Shown here in pieces: positions 1 to 8,757 of a stretch of 64,000 bases of DNA. The stretch's first letter is position 1. Each line of letters starts with the position of its first letter. The stretch lies in the IMG/VR virus record IMGVR_UViG_3300032132_000004, positions 1 through 64,000 of that record. The stretch is one strand, 5' to 3'. The position numbers and the translations under genes are program-made. This DNA comes from a virus. The notes beneath the pieces were generated by a model, which worked only from the letters and a program-made list of their open reading frames with translations, searched no databases and was not told the DNA's origin.

Positions 1-329
1 TCGTAGATATTGGTTAGAAGATCATCTGTATCATAGTGTACTGCTTTCCCGAATTCTTTAGCTTTTCCAATAATCCTAGCGGTGTAGTTTCCACCGAAGT
101 TGGAGAGGTTTTGCGTGAACACGATGTCTGCCCACTTCATGTCCTCAAACGTCCAGCCCTCCTGCCAAGCCCCTGTCTTCTCGTCAATGCCGAGAGGGTT
201 CTTGTTCCATCTAACCTCTACTCGGTCAGGGTAAAGCTCCTCTAGCTTCTTGATGGGAGCTATGATGCGATAGTATGAGCAGCCACCCTCGTTAGCTGGC
301 ACAGCAAGGATTTTGATTTTCTTGGACAT
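1..329 (-). CDS. Putative glycosyltransferase (GT-B-like), runs off the window edge
   Basis: Not in the ORF track. Manual translation from ATG at 329 gives MSKKIKILAVPANEGGCSYYRIIAPIKKL...WADIVFTQ...HYDTDDLLTNIY; GCxYYRI and DxDDL resemble phage GT-B glycosyltransferase N-termini. Frame is open to the edge. Confidence 0.65.
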   Translation of the reverse strand, partial: MSKKIKILAVPANEGGCSYYRIIAPIKKLEELYPDRVEVRWNKNPLGIDEKTGAWQEGWTFEDMKWADIVFTQNLSNFGGNYTARIIGKAKEFGKAVHYDTDDLLTNIY

Positions 330-333
330 GATT

Positions 334-341
334 TATTATAG
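334..341 (-). promoter_or_regulatory. CTATAATA promoter motif (leaderless-type)
   Basis: TATAAT ends 5 nt before ATG 329. Confidence 0.6.
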
Positions 342-344
342 TGT

Positions 345-434
345 AAAAAGAAAGAGGGGGCCAATAGGAATTGAACCTATTCCTCAATGGTATTAACCAG
401 ACGATCCTGTCCGAAGACGCTCGCCCCCTCTCCC
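345..434 (-). ncRNA. Non-canonical tRNA-like small RNA
   Basis: Perfect T-arm ATAGG-TTCAATT-CCTAT (380-364), 12-bp terminal helix (434-423 with 361-350), D-like arm GTCTT-CGGAC-AGGAT, small hairpin TGG-TTAATA-CCA, upstream CTATAATA (447-440), downstream T-tract. No canonical anticodon arm and no encoded CCA. Confidence 0.6.
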
Positions 435-465
435 TTAAATATTATAGAGAATATTTTGTGTAGAT

Positions 466-500
466 AAAAAAAGGGAGAAGAAATATTACTTCTTCTCCCT
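466..500 (-). terminator. Intrinsic terminator of the uvsY-gp32-lipoprotein operon
   Basis: Inverted repeat AGGGAGAAGAA/TTCTTCTCCCT followed by a T run on the minus strand, just after the stop at 512. Confidence 0.85.
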
Positions 501-511
501 ATAGATAGATA

Positions 512-1054
512 TTACTCTTCGGCTTCTACTTCAAGCTCTTCTGCGAAGGTTTCTTTAGTAGTTTCAGAAGAGTGGCTTGCTCCTATAGCAGATACTACGC
601 TAGCAAGTGCCCCACCCAGGTCAACGTTCTTATCAGTAGGAACGATGGCTTTAACAGCTTTGACATAGTGCTGACGCTTACGCTGGCTGAACAGAGTTAG
701 CACGCCTTCCCACGCCACAAGGGAGGGAACGAACGCTTTAGCAATACCAAAGACAGCACCTACAGCACCATCAAACGTGGAACCATCCGTAACGCCCCCA
801 GCAGCTACGAAAGCAGCACCATCTTTAAGCTGGGATTTATTGGCGATAACAACTACTGTGTCCTCACCAACCTTTTCCTTAACGGAAGCAGGAAGGTCTG
901 CGGTAGGAACAACAACTCCTACCTCTCCTTCAGCTAGTTGATCTTGTGTAGTAAAGACTGTGCCTTCTGCGAAAAACCCTCCTAGGGCCTTGCAGGACAT
1001 GAAACCAAAGCCTAGTGCGGCAGTGGCTAGTAGTGTAATAAGAATATTTTTCAT
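512..1054 (-). CDS. Predicted lipoprotein/membrane protein of unknown function
   Basis: N-terminus MKNILITLLATAALGFGFMS-C looks like a lipoprotein signal peptide; further hydrophobic Gly/Ala-rich segments follow. Confidence 0.55.
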   Translation of the reverse strand: MKNILITLLATAALGFGFMSCKALGGFFAEGTVFTTQDQLAEGEVGVVVPTADLPASVKEKVGEDTVVVIANKSQLKDGAAFVAAGGVTDGSTFDGAVGAVFGIAKAFVPSLVAWEGVLTLFSQRKRQHYVKAVKAIVPTDKNVDLGGALASVVSAIGASHSSETTKETFAEELEVEAEE

Positions 1055-1060
1055 AAGTAA

Positions 1061-1807
1061 TTAACCTTGTAGTTTTTTGAGGTAATCATCGTCTGAGACA
1101 TCCTCTTTAGGTGCCTCAGATTCCTGAGTAGTCTCAAGGGGAACACCAATAAGGTTGCTCACCATCTTCTTCACTTCCTCATAGTCTTCTAGCTTAACAA
1201 GCTCATGAATTTCATGAAGACTATCCATTGCGGTAGCGATTTCCTTCTTCGTACCAAGAACAGTTTCTTTGGGACGAGGTTGGGACTGATCGTATTTAGG
1301 CCACTCACCTTCCATCATCTTCACAATTTTAAAATCGTGACCTGTTTCTACGTCTGTAATATCACCATAATCATCGTCTAGGATGGCTCCAATGATACTA
1401 TTGAAGAGCATTACGCCGATGGAAAGAATCTTTACTTCCTCAGTTTCTCGGTCTAGAATGTTCATGTAGTAGCGTGCGCGGGGCTTGATGACCCGTGCAA
1501 GAACTTCGTCTTCCTGCTTACCAGTCTTCCAAAGACCGAAGTAAAGGTCACACATGGGACATGCTTCCCCGTGAACCTTACGGCAGTGTACGTTCCTAAC
1601 TTCCTTAAGATTGTCAAGTGATTTAGGAACCCTGTGAATCTTAGTCTCTGCATAGAACTGAGACTCTTCATCCTTCCAAGGCATGATGCGGACGAGGTTA
1701 GATCCTTCAGGGATCTTGTAAAAGTTATTGATGAAATCCCCACCACCTTCGGCGGGTTTATTAAGTTGTTCGTGCTTTGCTCTTAGAGCGTCGAGGTCGA
1801 TAGCCAT
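1061..1807 (-). CDS. Single-stranded DNA-binding protein (T4 gp32-like)
   Basis: H...C...CPMC zinc site, RYYMN, DITDVETGHDF, WPKYDQS and an acidic C-terminal tail. Confidence 0.85.
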   Translation of the reverse strand: MAIDLDALRAKHEQLNKPAEGGGDFINNFYKIPEGSNLVRIMPWKDEESQFYAETKIHRVPKSLDNLKEVRNVHCRKVHGEACPMCDLYFGLWKTGKQEDEVLARVIKPRARYYMNILDRETEEVKILSIGVMLFNSIIGAILDDDYGDITDVETGHDFKIVKMMEGEWPKYDQSQPRPKETVLGTKKEIATAMDSLHEIHELVKLEDYEEVKKMVSNLIGVPLETTQESEAPKEDVSDDDYLKKLQG

Positions 1808-1825
1808 GTTTAGTTTCCTTAGTTA

Positions 1826-2257
1826 TTAGTTGTATAGTTTAGTTTCGGCTCGTTTATTAGAAGACAATTGCACCAGCATGTCTCGTTTATGTTCAAGGGA
1901 ACGAACCAATCCTTTGAGCATCTCGTATTTGAACGTAGCTTCGTTCAAGTATAATTGTTTTGTGTTGTATCTCTCGTCTGAGAAGACAAGATCATCCAAG
2001 TCTTTAGCGGTTAGCTTGACACTAGAATTACCCTTAGCTGTCTTACGGAACAGGGATGAATACTCATCAAGCTGTGTGCTCCTGTCGTTGACCATCTTTT
2101 TAGCTAGGCTCATGAGTCCGTAGTAATACGAATAAATGGAAGCCTGCTTAGACATCTCCTCCTCTACCCTATTCTCATCAAATAAAGTGAGGGCATCTGT
2201 GATGCCTTTGTAGTTGTCCCAGGTGAAATCATCTAGTGATTCTGTTAGTGTTACCAT
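1826..2257 (-). CDS. uvsY: Recombination mediator UvsY-like protein
   Basis: 143 aa, helical, KLTAKDLDDLV and LEHKRDML...KRAE C-terminus, next to gp32. Confidence 0.7.
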   Translation of the reverse strand: MVTLTESLDDFTWDNYKGITDALTLFDENRVEEEMSKQASIYSYYYGLMSLAKKMVNDRSTQLDEYSSLFRKTAKGNSSVKLTAKDLDDLVFSDERYNTKQLYLNEATFKYEMLKGLVRSLEHKRDMLVQLSSNKRAETKLYN

Positions 2258-2261
2258 GCTG

Positions 2262-2269
2262 TATTATAG
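2262..2269 (-). promoter_or_regulatory. CTATAATA promoter motif (leaderless-type) of the uvsY-gp32 operon
   Basis: TATAAT ends 5 nt before ATG 2257. Confidence 0.6.
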
Positions 2270-2271
2270 GT

Positions 2272-2655
2272 CTAGGTCTTAGATTGTTTGTTAATATTAG
2301 TTATAAATTTAGGGTCTTTTAGCTGATCTGAGTTGTTAGAAGACTTTGGGGGATTCGGGTTGGGGGCTGGGAATAGCTGCTTAAACTGTTCTGCTGTGAC
2401 CAGACAATAGGTTCCTGTTTGATCCCTTGCAACGTAGTCCCCAGGGGCTCCCTTTATCGTAGTTATTTTAGGGTCTTGGGTGCCTTGCTTTACCAAGCCA
2501 AAAGGTACACTGATTAGGAAAAAGTCCTGTTGGTCCTTGGTTTTCACTACCTCTGTAGGATAGGTGAATACCCACCTTCCTCCGATGTATACGGAAAGGG
2601 CTGTTAATGATCTGTTCCTCCTGAGGAGGATATCTTTACTGTTTATGTCTTTCAT
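2272..2655 (-). CDS. Hypothetical protein with a PGDYG-like motif
   Basis: Segment GAPGDYVARD..G...V..EQF; preceded by TAAATA (2665-2660). Confidence 0.5.
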   Translation of the reverse strand: MKDINSKDILLRRNRSLTALSVYIGGRWVFTYPTEVVKTKDQQDFFLISVPFGLVKQGTQDPKITTIKGAPGDYVARDQTGTYCLVTAEQFKQLFPAPNPNPPKSSNNSDQLKDPKFITNINKQSKT

Positions 2656-2662
2656 ATATTAT

Positions 2663-3007
2663 TTAGTCTTTACTGAAGATAAACTCAAAGAGTTCTTGAT
2701 TCATAGACGCCAGGAGCATAATAGTATTAGTTGACACAGTTACAAGGAATTCGTTGGTATATTTAGGCATGTCCTCTTCCTCCTCTGGGTCCATCCCCAC
2801 TAGCTCATAAACAATATGCAGTAGCTCATGTAAAAGAGTCTGCTTGTACAGGCTTATAGTCTGCTGATTAGGGTTAAGGTACATTATACTTTCGTCAAAC
2901 TCTAACTTACCGTCTGCACCTTCCATAACCTTATGCTTAATCTCAAAGGTTCTTAGGTTAGAATGTACTACCATAGGGTGCTCAGGAATAGTTAGTTTTT
3001 TAGCCAT
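2663..3007 (-). CDS. Small HExxH metallopeptidase-like protein
   Basis: TLLHELLH motif; start moved to the ATG at 3007, directly after the helicase stop. Confidence 0.55.
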   Translation of the reverse strand: MAKKLTIPEHPMVVHSNLRTFEIKHKVMEGADGKLEFDESIMYLNPNQQTISLYKQTLLHELLHIVYELVGMDPEEEEDMPKYTNEFLVTVSTNTIMLLASMNQELFEFIFSKD

Positions 3008-3008
3008 A

Positions 3009-4313
3009 TTATTCTCCAGGCAGAGGGGACTCACCTTGTTCCATCCTAAGTGTTCCGTAATCTATATCCATGTGAACGATAAAACGGGGGCGTCCGTTGC
3101 GAGACTTGATAACATAAGCTCTCATCTTACCATTATCGTACTCTTCTTCTGTTTGGTTCAGAGAGATAGCGAAATCACAAGTTCTAATCTTACCGTAGGA
3201 GTCTCCTAGTTCGGCGTCTGTAATAACCTTAACCAAGCGTCCTTGCCTGTTGGTCTGGGTAGCAGTCCATACGAGCGTCTTGTGCTCCATGCCTACCCCT
3301 CTAAGCTCCTCTGCGATGCGCTGCTGAGCAAGATACTCCTGTTGGATCTCTCGAACGGGGCGTAGGAGTTCCAGATAGTCTACGATCAGGAGGTCAGGGG
3401 TGAAGTCCTCGTAGTTCTCAAGCTGAACCAGCAGGCTACGAATGGTATTGACCGAGGCCTGTCCAGTAGGCATCTCCTTGATAACCAATTCACTACCAGG
3501 GAACTGCTCTCGGAAGAGGTCCAAGCGTTCCTTGACGGTCAGTTGGTTAGAGGATTCTTTGAGCTTCTGCTGAGGAACCAAGGTCATAACAGAATCAAAT
3601 CTCTGTGCGATCTTATCCTCGCTCATCTCCAAGGACAGGTACAGTACCTTCTTACCCTCGGTCATAGCATGAACACCCTGGTTAACAAGGTACAATGATT
3701 TACCAGTACCAGGGGGAGCGACCACCATGGCTAGTTCTCCATTCCCAAGCCCACCTTCCAGTGATTTATCAAGAGCAGGAAGGATAGTCTTGTGCTTCAT
3801 CTCTGTCTTAAGATTGAAGACTCTATCCCAACGATCTTTCACACTATTGAAGTAGTTCTGTCCTACGTTGATATCCCTGCTAACAAGGAGAGCTTTGCGA
3901 ACGAGGTCTTCTACCTCCTCTGTCCTCTCTTCCTTGATTAGCGAAATACTTTCAGCAATGGCAATTTTCATCGCCTCCTTTTTGGCGAACCCCTCGACTA
4001 GATCAAGCAGGTACTCAGGGTTGCCTACGGTGGAGGCGTCGATGTTATTGACGAGGAGTAGCTCATCCTCATAATCAGATGCGTTCTCCCTACGACCTAA
4101 AGATGATTTAACATCTTGGGTAATAAAATCATCAGTGGGAAGTTTTCCGTACTCTTTATAGTGCTCCTCTACGACACTGAAAATCTTAGAGTGAGCAGGG
4201 TACTCAAAATAATCAGCCTTAACTAGGTTTATAATCTGATGATAGAAATCCTTATTGGATTTCAATAGGTAGAGAATACCCCGTTGGATATTGTCTGAAA
4301 AATCGTAGGCCAT
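3009..4313 (-). CDS. Replicative DNA helicase (DnaB/gp41-like)
   Basis: Walker A APPGTGKS, LSLEMSE, Walker B LIVDYL, TATQTNR, KSRNG. Confidence 0.93.
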   Translation of the reverse strand: MAYDFSDNIQRGILYLLKSNKDFYHQIINLVKADYFEYPAHSKIFSVVEEHYKEYGKLPTDDFITQDVKSSLGRRENASDYEDELLLVNNIDASTVGNPEYLLDLVEGFAKKEAMKIAIAESISLIKEERTEEVEDLVRKALLVSRDINVGQNYFNSVKDRWDRVFNLKTEMKHKTILPALDKSLEGGLGNGELAMVVAPPGTGKSLYLVNQGVHAMTEGKKVLYLSLEMSEDKIAQRFDSVMTLVPQQKLKESSNQLTVKERLDLFREQFPGSELVIKEMPTGQASVNTIRSLLVQLENYEDFTPDLLIVDYLELLRPVREIQQEYLAQQRIAEELRGVGMEHKTLVWTATQTNRQGRLVKVITDAELGDSYGKIRTCDFAISLNQTEEEYDNGKMRAYVIKSRNGRPRFIVHMDIDYGTLRMEQGESPLPGE

Positions 4314-4314
4314 A

Positions 4315-4836
4315 TTACTGCTGCTTTTGGGGTTTAGAAATGTCTAAAGTCTCGCTACCAATGTCCTTGTAGCCCATCTTGTTAGCTTTATCATAGGCGT
4401 CCATGGTCAATTTTTTAGACCTTTCTACCTTTTCTGAGGCCTCTTTATCTGATAGCTTACGAACCTTACCATCTTCCGCTAGCTTTTCATAATTAATAGT
4501 AGCAGATTTGTAGCGGAAAGACTCATCATCCATAGCCTCTTTAGCTTTTTTAATTTCTCGCCTTAGGAAACGATCTCCAGACTGCTTATCATACCCCTCC
4601 TCTGCGTGCTTCTGATAGCGTCTCTTAATTGTATGGAAATCATTAGCTCCTGGGTTGCTAGAGTTACCAGCACCATCATCCTTGAAGGAGATACCAATGC
4701 CTGAGTTCCTCCAGTAGCGTTCGCTAAGCTTTTTACACTTAGGACACTTGGTTTTTTGCGGAGCCTTACCTAGCTTACACTCTCTGTCCCAGAAGATACT
4801 ACAAGGCTCACAGATCCATTCATATAATGTTAACAT
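4315..4836 (-). CDS. FmdB-like zinc-ribbon protein
   Basis: YEWICEPC...CPKC N-terminus followed by a charged helical region. Confidence 0.7.
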   Translation of the reverse strand: MLTLYEWICEPCSIFWDRECKLGKAPQKTKCPKCKKLSERYWRNSGIGISFKDDGAGNSSNPGANDFHTIKRRYQKHAEEGYDKQSGDRFLRREIKKAKEAMDDESFRYKSATINYEKLAEDGKVRKLSDKEASEKVERSKKLTMDAYDKANKMGYKDIGSETLDISKPQKQQ

Positions 4837-6867
4837 TTAAAGAATATTAAGAATACCTGTTCCTTCCAACGCATTAAGAGTTGGGGTAGATGCTCGATAA
4901 TTTAAATCACAGCTAAGGCTTGAGTTCCAAGGCAAAAGCATCCTATCTGCTACCATACCTAATGCCACAGCAGCAAAACCTCTAGCTCTTTCTGTATGTG
5001 TATCATCGTTTAGTAGTTCAACCAAAGGATCAACAGATCTTGAGTCTCCAATAAAGGCTAGAGACATTACAATAGAAGCTTGCGTAGCAGTACTCCTAGA
5101 TTCTTTGAGCATCATAACCAAGTCTGGGACTAGGGAGTAGTCTCCCATGAGCCCAAGACTTATAGCTGCCTGTTGTATTAGTGCGGGTCGGAACTTAGAC
5201 TTACCTATAATTTCTTTAATGGGTTCGATAGCTTCACGCTCATTAAGTAATCCTAAACCCACACAAATGTAGCCCTTAGTAGGACCATCACTTGTTTTGC
5301 TGAGCTTTTTTAAGAGAAGACCCTCTACATCAAAAACTCCTGCTAGTCCAGTTGCTATACAAGCAGCACCTACTCTATTAGGAGATTTTTCAGACTCCAC
5401 TCCATCTAGAAGTACTTTAGAAATAATATCAGGAACAGGTAACTGCGCCTCCCTTAAGCGATTTGATAAAACACCCAAGGAAATGTAAGCCCATGGTTTC
5501 GCAAAACTCTTACCTTTTTGAACCTGGGTGATCAGGTACTTTTGGACCTCACCAGTGCCTGCCAAGCCATCAGGCCCAGTCCCTTGCTTGCTTCCTAGTG
5601 TAGCCAATGCAATCAAGGTAAACGATCTAGTCTGCTGGTCTGACACATTAACAGGAATCTTAAATAGAGCTTTCCTAATCTTCTTATCTATCTCATCATT
5701 GTCAGCGTCACCAAGTAACCCTAAGCCTATAACACAACTCTGCTGAACTTCTCTTTTCTCAGAGCTAGTGTACGTTAGTCTGCTGAGGAACTCATTGCAT
5801 ATAACCTCTTTGTAGAGTGCGTACTCCTCTTCATTAGCGTTAGCTATAGAAAAGCTTAAGGCCTCTGGTATGTGGGCACGGACCAAGTGATTATTTCTCT
5901 CGTTCTTAAAGTAATCTAGCAAAAATCTTACCTGCTCAACCCTAGCCTCTGTATCAAGGTTAAGCAACCCTAGGGAAACTACAGCAGCAATCTTTACATC
6001 TTTGTAGCTAGATTTATCCTCTACAATAATACCTCTTAACTCTGTAGAGATACTTGCTACAACTGCTGGGTTGTCTGATTCGCTAGCGATCAACCCTAAC
6101 GCATAAACAGCAAAGGTTCTAGTACGGAATGGAACCTCGTTGGTTCTCCCTACTGCCACCCTTCCTTCTCTAGTATCTAATACCAAAGCAGTTAGCAGGG
6201 GAATACTCTCTTCCGATCCTAAAATACCTAGAGCTAAGGCAGCAGTCTCTGAAATCTCTTGATTACTATCCTTTAGAAAAGGAATAATAACAGGTACAAA
6301 ACTATCCTGCACAGTTTGATTACCTATTTTAGCTAAGGACATAAGACATCCTGTGATAATGTCATTATTGTTTTGAGTCTCTAATGAATCTAAAAGAGCA
6401 GGAATAATTTTATCTCGTATAATTAAAGGACTAACTCCAATAATATCAGATGATTGATCCTTCTCACCATGACCTAAGAAGAAATCATCTCCACCAGTAC
6501 GTGGACCTCCTTTATGGATCTTATTCTTAAGAGCTAAGTAAGGATCTTTATTAAACTCCCACCAAAAAGACCACTGAGTTAGGTCTGGGCCTCCTAAACC
6601 TGCGGGAGAGGTAGGTTTGGCAGGACCTCCTCCTGGCTGTCCTGCGGGAGAGCCAGGAGAGGCAGGACTAGGGGAGCTAGGACCAGGGGATTTAGGACCA
6701 TTAGGAGTGGGTGTAGGACCAGGGGAGTTAGGACCTCCTCCACCTCCTCCTCCACCCCCTCCAGGGGGAACGGTATCTCCAGGCCCTCTATAGGTCCCTC
6801 CATGTCCGTAAAGAGAAGGACAACATACTAACACGAAAAAAACTACTAAACTTAAAAACTTACTCAT
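4837..6867 (-). CDS. Exported HEAT-repeat protein with a Pro/Gly-rich N-terminal linker
   Basis: Signal peptide MSKFLSLVVFFVLVCCPSLYG, then HGGTYRGPGDTVPPG(n), WSFWWEFNK and many AALALG-type HEAT repeats; start set to ATG 6867, just after the nrdJ stop. Confidence 0.8.
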   Translation of the reverse strand: MSKFLSLVVFFVLVCCPSLYGHGGTYRGPGDTVPPGGGGGGGGGGPNSPGPTPTPNGPKSPGPSSPSPASPGSPAGQPGGGPAKPTSPAGLGGPDLTQWSFWWEFNKDPYLALKNKIHKGGPRTGGDDFFLGHGEKDQSSDIIGVSPLIIRDKIIPALLDSLETQNNNDIITGCLMSLAKIGNQTVQDSFVPVIIPFLKDSNQEISETAALALGILGSEESIPLLTALVLDTREGRVAVGRTNEVPFRTRTFAVYALGLIASESDNPAVVASISTELRGIIVEDKSSYKDVKIAAVVSLGLLNLDTEARVEQVRFLLDYFKNERNNHLVRAHIPEALSFSIANANEEEYALYKEVICNEFLSRLTYTSSEKREVQQSCVIGLGLLGDADNDEIDKKIRKALFKIPVNVSDQQTRSFTLIALATLGSKQGTGPDGLAGTGEVQKYLITQVQKGKSFAKPWAYISLGVLSNRLREAQLPVPDIISKVLLDGVESEKSPNRVGAACIATGLAGVFDVEGLLLKKLSKTSDGPTKGYICVGLGLLNEREAIEPIKEIIGKSKFRPALIQQAAISLGLMGDYSLVPDLVMMLKESRSTATQASIVMSLAFIGDSRSVDPLVELLNDDTHTERARGFAAVALGMVADRMLLPWNSSLSCDLNYRASTPTLNALEGTGILNIL

Positions 6868-6868
6868 T

Positions 6869-8755
6869 CTAACACTCACCTCCTGCAAGGGAACAAACAT
6901 CCCCTGCTTGTACTGCTGCCTCTACTGGTTGAACCATGTATTTATCAATGTTCTCTTGAGTTAACTCGATAGCTGCCAAGGGTTCCCCCTCCTTTGCTCC
7001 TGCTTTATACACTGTTAATCCTTTAAGATAAGGAGCATAGTCCAGAGCTTCTTTAGAAAACGATTCAGAGGTAGCGGTAGAGGGAAGATTAATTGTTTTT
7101 GAAATACAGGAGTCGATGAACTTCTGGATGGTTGCTTGTACCTTGATGTGGTCTTCTGGGGCAACGTCAAAAGCGCCGACGAATGGATCCAGCGGTTTCT
7201 TCTGATCATAATATTCTTGGAACAAAGGATCAACAACTAGGGTTTCTTTCCAAATATTGTTGCTCCTATAACGACGGGAATACATAGCAGAAAAGATAGG
7301 CTCAATACCTGAACTAACCCCGTGCAACATACTGATAGTGCCACAAGGAGGGATAGTAAGCATAACAGCGTTGCGAATGCCGTGTCGTTTGATAAGCATC
7401 CTAATACGAGCGGGGAGAGTTTTTGCAAAATCTTCATCTAGGTACTTCTTGTAATCAAACTCAGGGAAGGGCTTCTTATCCCGTGATAGGTATATAGACA
7501 TCTTATAAGACTCATCTCGAATAGTACTGAATAATCTTTCAAGAAACTCCAAGCAAGACTCACTTCCATACCGTAGGCCCAACTTGATGAGCATATAATG
7601 TAGCCCTGTGACCCCTAGACCTATGCGTCTTGATCTTTCCCCTACCTTTTTGCACTCTTCAGTTGGAAAAGTGTTAACTGTAAGAACATTGTCAAGAAAT
7701 CTTACACCCGTCCTAACAGTTCTAGCCAAGCGTTTCCAATCAAGGTCGCTACCGTCATCCAAAACCATATTACTGAGGTTAATATTGCCGAGACAACAAT
7801 TACCATAACTAGGTAATGAGATTTCTCCGCAAGGGTTCGTTGCATCCAGGCTTTCAAAGTATGAAACATTAGTATAACTATTCGCTAAATCAATGTTATA
7901 TATACCAGGATCGCCAGACTCAACGGAATTCTTCCAGATGATATCCCAAAGCTCATTTGCTTTGATATCATCTATCATTACCACTTCAAAAACATCGGTG
8001 CTTGCTAATTTGTTGAAGTTATTAGCTCTGTTGAGAGCATCCTCTTCACTCATACCAATCACCCAGATAAGATCTTCACCATTCCTGCAAAGCTGATACC
8101 TGTGGTACTCTTTGTTGTTAAACGTGAAGAACCAGTCCTCTCCCAACTCTACTGCCTCTAGGAATCTATTAGTGATAGCTACGGAGATGTTGAAGTTGTT
8201 TAGTTCTCCCTGGTCTAGCTTCACACTCAAGAACTCTAGGAGGTCTGGGTGAGTGATGTTGAGGATCCCTATGAGAGCCGTCCTGCGGTTCTTTCCTGCT
8301 CGGACATGCTCACCTACCTCATTGATCATTTTGAGCACAGAGACGCTCCCAGGGGCTGAGTTGGGGACGCTGCCGATATCATCCCCTTTAGGACGGAGCT
8401 TGGATACGTTGAAGCCTACTCCTCCTCCTGCACAGGAAATCCTGTACATATCCTTAATAGTTTTGCCAATTGAATCAACGTTATCATCAGGAATAATAAC
8501 ATAACAATTAAGCAGGTTATGATTCCCCCTGTTACGCCCAGCACCGTAAATGATACGACCCCCAGGAATGAAATCACCTGAGCCCACAGCATCATAAAAA
8601 GATTTCTCAATTTTCTCTTTCTGCTCATCCCTCTCAGCGGAAGCTACTACCTTAGCTATTACCTTCGCCCTGTCTGCCCACTTAGTCTCGCCTGGGTAAG
8701 CGTATCTTGCTTCGAAAATCTCTTGTCCTAGCTTACCTAAAGTTGCATTTGCCAT
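6869..8755 (-). CDS. nrdJ: Ribonucleotide reductase, class II (B12-dependent) type
   Basis: PGGRI, LLNC, TNPCGEISL, RRIGLGVTGL, KGLTVY (no class I YY pair), C-terminal Cys pair; no nrdB nearby. Confidence 0.8.
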   Translation of the reverse strand: MANATLGKLGQEIFEARYAYPGETKWADRAKVIAKVVASAERDEQKEKIEKSFYDAVGSGDFIPGGRIIYGAGRNRGNHNLLNCYVIIPDDNVDSIGKTIKDMYRISCAGGGVGFNVSKLRPKGDDIGSVPNSAPGSVSVLKMINEVGEHVRAGKNRRTALIGILNITHPDLLEFLSVKLDQGELNNFNISVAITNRFLEAVELGEDWFFTFNNKEYHRYQLCRNGEDLIWVIGMSEEDALNRANNFNKLASTDVFEVVMIDDIKANELWDIIWKNSVESGDPGIYNIDLANSYTNVSYFESLDATNPCGEISLPSYGNCCLGNINLSNMVLDDGSDLDWKRLARTVRTGVRFLDNVLTVNTFPTEECKKVGERSRRIGLGVTGLHYMLIKLGLRYGSESCLEFLERLFSTIRDESYKMSIYLSRDKKPFPEFDYKKYLDEDFAKTLPARIRMLIKRHGIRNAVMLTIPPCGTISMLHGVSSGIEPIFSAMYSRRYRSNNIWKETLVVDPLFQEYYDQKKPLDPFVGAFDVAPEDHIKVQATIQKFIDSCISKTINLPSTATSESFSKEALDYAPYLKGLTVYKAGAKEGEPLAAIELTQENIDKYMVQPVEAAVQAGDVCSLAGGEC

Positions 8756-8757
8756 AG

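Noticed and set aside
385-400. TTA in the tRNA-like loop as an ochre suppressor anticodon explaining the TAA at 25120
   Set aside because: TTA is preceded by G rather than U33, the loop is 6 nt on a 3-bp stem, and TAA is the main stop codon of this genome; no real support
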